The translations under genes and the position numbers were made by a program. 64,000 bases of DNA from Lytechinus pictus (Eukaryota): the NCBI RefSeq assembly GCF_037042905.1, contig NC_087246.1, positions 48,546,001-48,610,000 on the forward strand, read 5' to 3'. Shown one piece after another: positions 26,201 through 35,748 of the stretch (positions within the stretch are counted from its first letter, which is position 1; each line of letters opens with the position of its first letter). Below the pieces are notes generated by a model that was given only the letters and a program-made list of their open reading frames with translations, had not been told where the DNA came from and made no database searches.

Positions 26201-29200
26201 CCGTCCATGACGTCGACAGCGATAATGACGACCAGCAGTTCTAATCAAGAGGACGGCTCGACTACTGTTCCGCCCATGACCTCGACAGCGACAATGATGA
26301 CCAGCAGTCCTAATCAAGAGGACGGCTCGACTACGGTTCTGTCCATGACGTCGACAGCGACACTGACGACCAGCAGTCCTAATCAAGAGGACAGCTCGAC
26401 TACGGTCCCGTCAATGACGTCGACAGTGACAATGACGACCAGCAGTCCTAATCAAGAGGACGGCTCGACTACGGTTCTGTCCATGACGTCGACAGCGACA
26501 ATGACGACCAGCAGTCCTAATCAAGGGGAGGGCTCGACTTCTGTTCCATCCATGACGTCGACAGAGACAATGACGACCAGCAGTCCTAATCAAGAGGACG
26601 GCTCGACTACGGTTCTGTCCATGACGTCGACAGCGACAATGACGACCAGCAGTCCTAATCAAGGGGAGGGCTCGACTTCTGTTCCATCCATGACGTCGAC
26701 AGAGACAATGACGACCAGCAGTCCTAATCAAGGGGACAGCTCGACTACGGTTCCGTCCATGACGTCGACAGCGACAATGACGAACAGCAGTCCTAATCAA
26801 GGGGACAGCTCGACTACTGTTCCGTCCATGACGTCGACAGCGACAGTGAGCGCAGTTGAAACGCAATCCTCGAGCACAACGTCTCATTTGATGACGACTT
26901 CAGCTTTGATGAGTGACGAAACAACGTTTGCTAGCGGTGAGACTACACCGCCACCGTTTTACACAACAGAGCAGTTGACAATTTCTTCCACCACTAAAGG
27001 TGATCTTTCGTTGATTTATCTTTTATACGATCGATACCCCTTTCATAAACCCAATAAAACCTATCCTCCAATTAGCCGCCTAAGAGTAATGCGGATAATT
27101 CAATAAAAATTGCGTTCACAAACTCCGAAAATTATCCGCATTATTTTTACGAGCGCCCGTCCTGAAAAAGGCGGATAATCGTCATGACAACTGGACACGC
27201 CCCCTCCGATGCGGTTGCGTTGGAAAAGGGTGACCTTGTGACCGCACCATGGCAATTATCCGCATTATTTGGAAATACGTTCATAAACTCAAAATCTTGT
27301 CCCGATGCCGCTATTATGCGGATAATAGCAGCATCAGAATAATGCGGATAACTCTTGTCCTCCTCTGATTTTACGACTAAATTATGCTGCTATTAGCCGC
27401 ATAATTGGGTTTTATTGGGTTTATGAAAGGGGTATAAATAAATACGATTCAAGCTGAAAAACCAATCAACATAGATTTTAATCAACTGTGAACTTAAGAA
27501 ATAACAATTTAAAACGTGTTGACGAAAAATATAGTTTAGGCAGGGATCCTCATTTTACAAGATACACAGCTTTCACTTGTCTGAAAAAAAAATGCTTGAA
27601 AAGCCTTCAGCAAAAATGTAATAATACATTTTAAAAGGATATATAATGTTTATCCTTATTATTTATTCATATATATTTTAGGGACATTCTAATATTCAGG
27701 TTCCCAATACAAGCTTACCCCCAAACATTACTAATCACGGCATCCATCATATCCTACCCCCCAAATGTTAAACTATTTACTTTTAGTATGTTCAGTAACC
27801 TTAATGATTCAAAAGATCTTTCTTTTTATTCTTTAATTTGTCAATGAACCAACCAATAATAGTATCGACCTTTTCTACCGGTCAAAATAATGGTGAAAGT
27901 ACCTCAGTCCCTACTGATACCAGTGCTGCATGTGATGACATCATCTGCCAAAATGGCGGAACTTTGGAAGAAGTGTCCTGTACTTGTCTATGCGCAAATG
28001 GATATCAGGGAGACGCATGTCAAAGTAAGTTTTCTGGATTAATTTTAATTTGGACATGTCATTAGGTCTACTTATTAAAGATCCTTTTTAGTCGAGATAG
28101 CAAAATAAAATTTGCAGTGAAACTGTTACTCTCACAATTATAAAAAAACAAGTCTTTTGATATTGTAGAAATTTTCAATCTAATTTTTGTGGAAATAAAC
28201 TTTACCTACTTCTTGAATTCATAAATTTGAGCTGAAAAGGTTGAATAAAAAACAAATCAAACACGATAATATATAGTCTAAATCAGTGATGATATTCAGA
28301 AAGGCATTAAACACCCCCATCTCTTAAGTAGTTTGTGATTATAGTTTTGAAATTACATAATTCACAATTCAATTTAATATAAACATCAATGATCTAATGA
28401 TAAAAGCGCAATATAATCAACAGACTGATTGGGTCCTAGTGTCTGCGTATTGAGTTACCGACAGCCAATAAACCTGATAATTGTCTATGTCCTTGGAGCT
28501 TTAATTAATTGAGACATGATGTAATTGCATGGGAAGGTTGTAACAAATAACCTTCATAAATTCTTAATTTCACCAGCTAACACTGATAAAGGGAGAGGGG
28601 TATCATCATCGGAAAGTAAAAGAAAATACACATTCAAACACTCTGCTGTCCAGTATTTTGGCTCATAAAAATAACATGAAATCATATAACGGCGATCATA
28701 GAGTCTTTGAAGATTTAATCAAGTAGTCCCAGCATTCTTGACGTGATAACCCTTTGTCCCCTATCCATGTATTTAGAATGACGACACAAAAGCCTTTGAA
28801 AATTGTGTGAAGTTGATTCAATTATTACACATGTAACTGTGTTATTTTTAAGTTTTGTATATCATTTTCATACAGATTTAGAGTCGGAAGCCCAGTATGG
28901 AGTTGAAATTACAATTCAAGCATCCATCGATATGGTAAATAAATCATACTGGTAATTGCAACCCCTCTTCCGATGATGAAACATTGATCATTTTAGAGAA
29001 AGATATGAATTTGTAAGATTGGAAATTTATCCATAAGATTGAAATTTTGAAGAATATTAGTGCATAAATCTCTTGATTTCTATTATCAGAATCAAACCGA
29101 TATTAGTTTAACACTAATTGGTATTGCTTAGATGCCAAATTGGTGTAGCCTAACGCCAAATCAGTGTTGTTTCAACAGCTCTCTGGTTTAAACCGATATA

Positions 29201-32200
29201 GATACCGGCGTTTTAGCAGTGTGTCATAATGATTCAACAAGAACAAAAAATAATGAATAGGCCCTAAGGAGCAGAATAAGTCGTGCAGGAGTAAAATGTC
29301 GAAATAGGCTGATCGGGGTCCGTAACCCAAAAGTTAGCGATTAATTGTACACTTGATTTTTACGATTGATTGTACATTATAGCCAATGTAATCAATTGTA
29401 GAGAAAATGTTCTAGGGTGATTGCTAAACTTTGTGTTACGGGCCTCAGGTGTGATCTTCTTGAAACGTGTTCCATACTCAGAACTATAATGTTTTTTCCC
29501 ATTATTTTGACCTTCAATTTAAGTAAATTCTTACCATTTTATTCATGGGATGCGTATTTATGGTTATTTTGACTTTATTTTTAAGATTCGAAACATAATA
29601 TTTTAAATATATATTCCATACACTTTACATCTACGCATTGATCAACTTTGTATAAATAATGTTGTATAATCAAATAAGAGTGCCAATCAGTTATCAAGTA
29701 ACAAATTACTTCTTTGTTTAATTCTTAATGTGAATTATACTGAACATCATTGAACTTTGAGAGGTTTCTTGAAATGCATGACTAACTTTAATAACACGAA
29801 CTTGCATCTGTTTGAATACATGGTTATCATCAGTGGCAGTCAATAAGAGGCCTACTTATTCGGGTGGTTGCCGAGATTGTCACAGATTGGTGTAACATCA
29901 ATTTCTCAGTCTGCTGTCCAAGCCAGGGAGAAAAGAACAGGTAATCACTTATTTCAAACTGCCTCTTATATGAAATACAATCCAAACATAATGATAATTT
30001 ATTCGAGTCAAAGAACCCCCAACCCTAAGTAAGTTCTTTCTCGTTCATTTTTTTTTCAGCGTTGAAGTCCTGCTCTTATTATCTTTCTTTATTCTCTTCA
30101 TTTTTGTCTCGCTTGCATAGCAGAGCGAGACTATAGGCGCCGCTTTTCTGACGGCGGCGCCGTCAACATTGAAATCTTAACCAAGGTTAAGTTTTTGAAA
30201 AAATAGTATATGTATATAGACCTAGTTCATAAAACTTAGACATAAGAGTAATAGTGTATCACTAAAAATCCTGCCTGAGTTTCAGGTCACATGATTAAGG
30301 TCAAAGGTCATTTAAAGGTCAATGAACTTTGGCCATGTTGGGGTTATTTGAGGAATTGTCATCATAACTTTAAAAGTTTCTGTTTCTGTTTGTGGTAACT
30401 CCCGTAGGAACTCGGCAGGACAGCATTTTTGCTGGTAAACGCCAAGCTGGTATATAACCATGGACCTATCCATGATATAACCAATTACCTTGGAAACATT
30501 TTACGTCTAGGTTAATCAGTCCATGGACCTGTGGCTGATGTAATAGACGACAGATATCACTCTTTGGCCTTTTTATCAAAGTGGAGACAATGGCAGAGTT
30601 GGGATTCGAACTCACAACCTTGCGATTATGAGTCCAATGCTCTAACCACTGGACCACACGACCCTAGTTCATGAAACTTGGACATATTAAGATACACAAC
30701 CATGTATCCTTAAACATCCTGTGCAAGTTTCAGGTCACATGACCAAGGCCAAAGGTCATTTAAAGGTCAATGAACTGTGGCCGTGTTAGGAATATGTGTA
30801 GAATTGGCATTATAACTTAGAAAGTTTATGGATCTAGCTCATGAAACACCGCCATAAGGGTAATCAAGTATGAATTATTGTTTTGCACATGTCTTAGGTC
30901 ACATGATCATGGTCTAAGGTCATTTTTGGTCTATGGACATAATATTGTATCATGTTAGTGTCTTCTGTGAATAATTATTCATTAGCTGTTTTCAAAGGCA
31001 GCACTGCTGCTATATCGAATTGCGTAATGCAGGCGAGACTGCCAGAGGCGTTCCACTTGCTGTTTTTAAATCCTTCGTGTTTGTTTCGCTTTTCTTTTGT
31101 TCTTGTTAGTTTTTTTTTCTGTTGTACGTTCTGTTACCTCTGTGGCCGTCTTCGTAGGCAATTCTACAATAATTTTTAGAGGGTCCACACGTTACAAGCA
31201 TTTGCTTTTTAGTGGATCCCTTTTTTTTCTCAGATCTTTATAATGTGAATGATAATTTGCTTTTACATAATAATTTATTTTACGTATATGGAAAAATATC
31301 ATACATTGTTACCTACCTCAATTTGCATTGTTTGTATAAATTACATTTGAAAATGTCATTATAAGTATTTACGACAATTTTATTTAGTCTTGTTGAAAAT
31401 GAAATAAATTAGTATGTTGATATGTTTTCTCTTCGTTTGCCCTTCGCCAACATACGGACAGATACCGGAACATACACTATTAGATTATCGGTATACTTTT
31501 CAGGGGTTTCTGTTATTTTATTGACAAGCTTTATTTCATCATATAAGTAGAAATAATGTGAAACTGTGTGAGTTGGACTGAATGAAATAGGAGTTAACTC
31601 AGGGACCTTTTGTAAAATTAGTGATAGGGTGAGAAAAAAAAGTTGAAATTCCTAGTGACCTTTTATTTGTATCTTTCTCTCCTGTATAATATCCCTTTCT
31701 TTCGATTCTATTCATAAAACCAGTGAAGAAATCCTCGATTACGTAAATGAGACCGACATCGCCATCGCAGTCGGCTATCCCGAAGAAACCACGACCTCGG
31801 GATCGAGCGACCAATTGTTATCCGTTATGCTTCTAGTCACGCCCCCTCTATCGACGGAGCTCTGTAATTCGGGATCTCTCAGCAGACGTCGACGGAGCGC
31901 AAGGTTGACTTTGTCAAATATTCAGAAGAGATCAAGTGAAACTGAAGGTACTCAAACGGATCCTAATTAAAATAAGTTGGTTGGTAGCTAATATATAAAA
32001 GGGGAAAGACAATGAGTTTGAATACATGTTCGACTATTTTATCTTACACAGTAAACCCATGGCGTCTGATAATTTTATTGTTTTACATTTTTCGTCAATC
32101 ATGTTAACTGGAATAATTTAGTCAAGTAAATACTTTAAACAGGTTGAGAGCAATGAGAGATTTTACTTGAACATGAAACCATCAACATTTTGCAATATAT

Positions 32201-33721
32201 TCTACAAGTCATGTGTATGTAAACAAGGATGTTTATTGATGTCTCGTTGTATGCATTTTTTTAATTTGTATAAAGTGCACATTTCCCTTGTAGAAGATAT
32301 TTTATTTTCTTCCGGCTCTATCTCTTGAAAATTTAATTTCATTTCGTTATTTCCATTTCCAACATTTACAATATATTTTGTTCCATACATCTTGAAATAT
32401 ATATATAAGCAATAAGACAAAGAAAATTTCTATGTACACTATAATCAAGATAATCATAAAAACAGGTTGGGAATGGATGAGGCTGCTAAAACGCGGAGTT
32501 TGTAGAGTGCAGCCTCCTATTACATTATTCATATAAATAGTGTAAACCAAATGGAATATCTTATAGAAACCTAAAAATTGCTCTTGTAGATTTTTTTTAC
32601 CAGTGGCGTACAGATGGGGTGGGGGCTTGGGGCGCTTACCCCCAAGGTTTTTCACGACCAACGAAAAGAGAGAGAGAGGGAGAGAGGGAAAGGGAAAGAA
32701 AAGCAAAGAGAGAGAAGGTGAAATATGATATTTTTGACTGAATTATTATGTCAAAATCCATCACGAATTTGGATTTTTAAAATAAAAATGTCGAAAATTT
32801 TACTCGCTTCCTTCGCTTCCTCGCAACTTAAAAAAAAATTTCTCGATACGCCATATTTGGCCCCTCAACTTTTTTGGATCATTACGCCACTGGATGTTAC
32901 CTCTCTTAAAGCTCTGAATATTTAACACAGACGATTTTTTATTGATTTTTTTTAACTATTTTGTTTTGCAGTCTCTTATCTGGATCAGGAAGCCTTATAT
33001 TCCGCAGTCACAGAAAATCTTGATATCATTGAACTCGAACTCAATATGACCATCGAGGAAATCGTTATGGGAGAGGTCATGAGCGCTCCGTCCGAATTGT
33101 CAGCCGCAGTCATCGTCGGGATCGTCGTCGCTTCCGTCGTCGTTTCCATTACCATTATCATTGGTGTGTTCATTTTCATACAGAAAAGGTAAACCTTTAT
33201 CCCGGACCTTTATCATATCAAATGAGTTGATTACCATGCCAATGTTTCTTTTTCTTGTTCTTGTTGAGGTTTTGAGTTATATTTATATAGGTAACTGGCC
33301 CCGAAACTTAAAGTCAAAGTTTTCATGGCTAGTAGAAGGTGAATAGAGAGATGAAGATAAGAAACAGAATTATTTCGTCAAGGAAGGGGAGGGGATTGAC
33401 TGAATGTATCCCCAGAATCTTCCACTGCTCAACTTTATTACATTTATGATTAATACGTTTCATCAGTACACAAACCCCTCACCCACAAGCTATTGGTGGT
33501 AAATGTAGGTTACATCATATAAAGGAAGGAGTATAATGTTTAAGGAGTTTTTGAAAATTTCAATCTTTTGAACTGATGAATATGTTTTTAAGAATATTCA
33601 TTTAGAAACATATCGATGTTATAATCTTATGATTTCCTCTTTTTCTCTCTCTCCAAACAGCACAACTGCAACCAAAGTCCGTCCAATATCGTCCAGTTGG
33701 AAACCGGCAGTGATAAAATAA
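16869..33721 (+). CDS. Whole gene span: 15-exon, 956-aa CAP-EGF-ShKT-mucin-EGF-SEA-like-TM type I membrane protein (CRISP/CLEC18-like)
   Basis: Exons 16869-17228, 20506-20742, 21778-21893, 22588-22679, 23418-23447, 24155-24244, 24950-25066, 25353-25379, 26028-26999, 27863-28024, 28876-28934, 29834-29940, 31724-31947, 32972-33188, 33661-33721. They sum to 2871 nt with no internal stop. All introns are GT-AG with matching phases. Confidence 0.85.
18845..19020. repeat. Compound microsatellite (GAA, GATA/GACA)
   Basis: Directly visible; a CAC/CAT tract follows at about 19680-19790. Confidence 0.9.
20506..20742 (+). CDS. CAP gene exon 2: CAP domain core
   Basis: taaag|IWDDDLAIMAQEWSDTCYFAHG...LGQNLW...AWYNEVQYYDY...CGHYTQ|gtaaaa. 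Confidence 0.95.
20859..21423 (+). mobile_element. 5'-truncated Tx1/L1-type LINE 3' end with poly(A) and 16-bp TSD
   Basis: aagattttagtatgcg at 20843-20858 and 21424-21439. AATAAA at 21391 and A18 run at 21408-21425. Begins with KKKNKLPAHFKKWRFTL*, typical of a Tx1-like ORF2 C-terminus. Confidence 0.85.
21778..21893 (+). CDS. CAP gene exon 3: CAP1/CAP2 motifs
   Basis: tacag|VVWASSYAVGCGRSLCEFATSESSNYTNVYIITCNYGPA|gtaagt, phase 0 to 2. Confidence 0.95.
21972..22190. mobile_element. CACT-ended palindromic MITE (EnSpm-like, 2-bp TSD TA)
   Basis: ta|cactctaaattgcagggattt ... aaatccttgcaattcagagtg|ta. Confidence 0.7.
22588..22679 (+). CDS. CAP gene exon 4: end of CAP and CRISP-type hinge
   Basis: tcag|(A)GNYVGSQPYDDGPSCTQCDSGVALCYNNLC|gtatgt, phase 2 to 1. 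Confidence 0.93.
23418..23447 (+). CDS. CAP gene exon 5: 30-nt micro-exon (NECSLEEQGC)
   Basis: cttttttcccctaccag acceptor and G|gtaaga donor, phase 1-1. Confidence 0.8.
24155..24244 (+). CDS. CAP gene exon 6: EGF-like domain
   Basis: ttcag|ECRVSCENCATISNNCTCECRDGWYGTDCS|gtaaat, phase 1-1. Confidence 0.9.
24950..25066 (+). CDS. CAP gene exon 7: ShKT domain
   Basis: ttccag|TECADTHQYCWNSPGWPGPEYCDVHNAVPKRCPYMCGLC|gtaagt. Six Cys with CxD start and CPxxCxxC end, phase 1-1. Confidence 0.9.
25353..25379 (+). CDS. CAP gene exon 8: 27-nt micro-exon (NLADPDFVC)
   Basis: ttttctttttatag acceptor and G|gtaagt donor, phase 1-1. Confidence 0.8.
26028..26999 (+). CDS. CAP gene exon 9: Ser/Thr-rich mucin-like stalk
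   Basis: ccaccag|GSSTTQMATAQ... open for 972 nt. Donor AAAG|gtgatc (weak), phase 1-1. Confidence 0.85.
26087..26845 (+). repeat. Coding minisatellite, 11 x 69 bp (23 aa)
   Basis: Unit MTTSSPNQ(G/E)(D/E)(S/G)ST(T/S)V(P/L)SMTSTAT; ctaatcaag recurs every 69 bp. Confidence 0.97.
27037..27432. mobile_element. TA-flanked MITE 35 bp into intron 9
   Basis: ta|cccctttcataaacccaataaaacc ... ggttttattgggtttatgaaagggg|ta, a perfect 25-bp TIR. Internal gcggataat repeats. Confidence 0.85.
27863..28024 (+). CDS. CAP gene exon 10: second EGF-like domain
   Basis: aatag|VSTFSTG...CDDIICQNGGTLEEVSCTCLCANGYQGDACQ|gtaagt, phase 1-1. Confidence 0.88.
28876..28934 (+). CDS. CAP gene exon 11
   Basis: tacag|NLESEAQYGVEITIQASIDM|gtaaat, phase 1 to 0. 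Confidence 0.8.
29315..29446. mobile_element. Short Harbinger-like MITE (same family as 37855-37984)
   Basis: TIR ggggtccgtaac.caaa / tttgtgttacgggcc; inverted-orientation sister at 37855. Confidence 0.65.
29834..29940 (+). CDS. CAP gene exon 12 (SEA-like membrane-proximal region)
   Basis: catcag|WQSIRGLLIRVVAEIVTDWCNINFSVCCPSQGEKN|gtaatc, phase 0 to 2. Confidence 0.8.
30101..31060. mobile_element. HINE/Helentron-like element with ~164-bp tandem units, interrupted by a SINE
   Basis: Terminal hairpin gtctcgcttgcatagcagagcgagac pairs with subterminal gcaggcgagac (31029-31039). aggtcacatga recurs three times. Confidence 0.7.
30377..30665 (-). mobile_element. tRNA(Met-like)-derived SINE
   Basis: Minus strand reads gtggtccagtggttagagcattggactCATaatcgcaaggttgtgagttcgaatcccaac (A and B boxes). 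Body and aacagaaac tail are shared with 61197-61465. Confidence 0.8.
31724..31947 (+). CDS. CAP gene exon 13: membrane-proximal region with furin site RRRR|S
   Basis: accag|SEEILDYVNETDIAIAVGYP...ELCNSGSLSRRRRSARLTLSNIQKRSSETE|gtactc, phase 2 to 1. Confidence 0.85.
32601..32892. mobile_element. G-string hAT-like MITE (related copy 19984-20239)
   Basis: cagtggcgta ... tacgccactg TIR with internal G/GA runs; degenerate 8-bp TSD. Confidence 0.65.
32972..33188 (+). CDS. CAP gene exon 14: transmembrane helix
   Basis: ttgcag|VSYLDQEALYSAV...SAAVIVGIVVASVVVSITIIIGVFIFIQK|gtaaac, phase 1 to 2. Confidence 0.9.
33661..33721 (+). CDS. CAP gene exon 15: short cytoplasmic tail and stop
   Basis: Long pyrimidine tract ending aaacag, then STTATKVRPISSSWKPAVIK*. 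The stop TAA overlaps an AATAAA. Confidence 0.8.
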
Positions 33722-34578
33722 ATCTTTTAAACAACGGCGTTGATGTGATCTTACTATATATCTGACACTGATCTTATGCGAAATCCGTCCATCCATGGCA
33801 GTTGTTCCCTGCTGAAAAGAACATTCTGTATTCACAGTGTGGTTTCACCACAAAATAGTTATCAAGGAATGCTTGAGTTTTAGCGTCAAATAATGATGCA
33901 TCTTGTATCTATACTCGGTAGAAATTCAATATTTCGTCTTGTTCTCCTGGTCCTCCTTCCTTACGTTCTTTCATTTTTCTTAATGTGTTTCATATTTTTC
34001 ACTGATTATTTGGAATGTTATATTTTCGTTATATTTTTAATATCACTTTCTTTCTAGTGTGTTCTATTCAGTTTGCCCTCATATAATTTCAATTGTATGT
34101 AACTATTGTGTCGTTCATATTACTTTTTTTTTATATTTGCAATATGTATCTAACCCGACGAGGGACATTGTTACACAAGCCTAGCTTCTCATTAGTTCCT
34201 CTTTTCTCATGCTCCTCCTTAATCTTATAAAACTTTTTTTTTTTTCATATTTGTATACTAATTATACATACATTAATCTTTATGATTATGTCATTATTTT
34301 GACGAAGCTTTATTATTTGTGCTTGTATAATTTTGTAAATATTGTTATGAGAAATAAAAACCTGCAAAATCAATATACTGTACCCAGGTGTGATGTTGGG
34401 TGGGGCGCCATTTTAACACTCGCCTATGCGGGGCAAAGTTTTACTATATAAATTAGATCCGCCATTTTGTGAGATATTGGCCTGGATCTGGGCCCTGTTA
34501 TAACGTCGGGCTGATTCTATGATTGATTGCATTGATTATTATGTATGATCGATTGTTCAAATCAGTTACAGGGCCCAG

Positions 34579-34839
34579 GACCCCGTCTTACAAAGAGTTG
34601 CGATTGATCTTATCAACCACAAATATGGAAAGCCAGTAAATGCCATCACCTGAAAAGCATGTTTGTTCAACATAATGATGTCCATTTACATATTTATAGT
34701 TTTCTTTGAAATTCAGTGTGTTTATCTTTGCTTACAAAGGACATTGTGCAAATTTCCCGAGGAGAAAAAAATGACATAGATGGATTTCCATATACTTGAG
34801 GTTGATCGGATCAATCGCAGCTCTTTGTAAGACGGGGCC
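34579..34839. mobile_element. Harbinger-like MITE
   Basis: gaccccgtcttacaaagagttgcgattgatc ... gatcaatcgcagctctttgtaagacggggcc. Confidence 0.75.
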
Positions 34840-35598
34840 AGGTTTCCCATCGTAATGTTGTGCAAGGTTTCTATATACAAGATATATTTCGTAATCCAGA
34901 GATCAATGTATGCAAAGCGAAATATGGGATATGTGGCTATTCAAATCGCCAAATACTTTGATTACAAACAAATGCATGGTATTAAAGTTTAGTGTTTGAT
35001 AGATTCATTTCCATTTAATTTAATATAGATCTGATGTAGATTTCGGTTATTGCAGTAAATTATGTACCGGTACATTATGTATTGTAAATTTCTTCCATCA
35101 ACAATCCATTACAGTGACCGTGTTTCTGGTAGCCTAAACAGGTCGATGTTAGGAAACGATTTTTTATTGGTGATTTACCAAGAAGGAAATGTCAACAGAT
35201 AAAAGGCCAAGGTTTGTTTCATCTTTTGATTCATCTTCGTTTTTAATCTTCGAGATTGGAAAGTAAAGACCTCAACGATTGACTCCGGTGTTTATTGTAA
35301 CGTTCAGACAAATTTTAGTCGCCTGTGAAAAATAGGAGAGCGCGTGTGCTCAAGACAACATTCCGAAATTTTTCAATGGAAAAAAAGTTATGTTTCTTGT
35401 CAGTTTTAAAAATATTGTAAATATTGTACGTAAAAGAAAATTAAAAGATCATGTTTTTATTTTCTATATGTTGTATTAGGTAATTTTTATCAGTATGACT
35501 ATGTCAATGTATTGTATAAACCACACTGATGGCAATTACCAATGTGAATTATATATTTATGAAAAATATTGAGAGCTATAATTATAAGTATTAACAGT

Positions 35599-35748
35599 NN
35601 NNNNNNNNNNNNNNNNNNNNNNNNNNNNNNNNNNNNNNNNNNNNNNNNNNNNNNNNNNNNNNNNNNNNNNNNNNNNNNNNNNNNNNNNNNNNNNNNNNNN
35701 NNNNNNNNNNNNNNNNNNNNNNNNNNNNNNNNNNNNNNNNNNNNNNNN
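35599..35748. other. Assembly gap (150 N) adjoining a TAG/ATT low-complexity tract
   Basis: N run, followed by (tag)n/(att)n repeats to about 35930. Confidence 0.99.

Noticed and set aside
26087-26845. CRISPR-like regular repeat array
   Set aside because: Units are contiguous 69-bp coding repeats with no unique spacers; eukaryotic context, no cas genes.
26009-26887. Arg/Cys-rich repetitive minus-strand ORFs (RHCRCRRHG...)
   Set aside because: Antisense shadow of the mucin repeat exon; the plus frame has splice sites in phase with the gene.
30590-30665. tRNA-Met-like sequence (also 50625-50690 and 61200-61280)
   Set aside because: Imperfect stems, and each is attached to a dispersed body and tail, so these are SINE heads and not tRNA genes.
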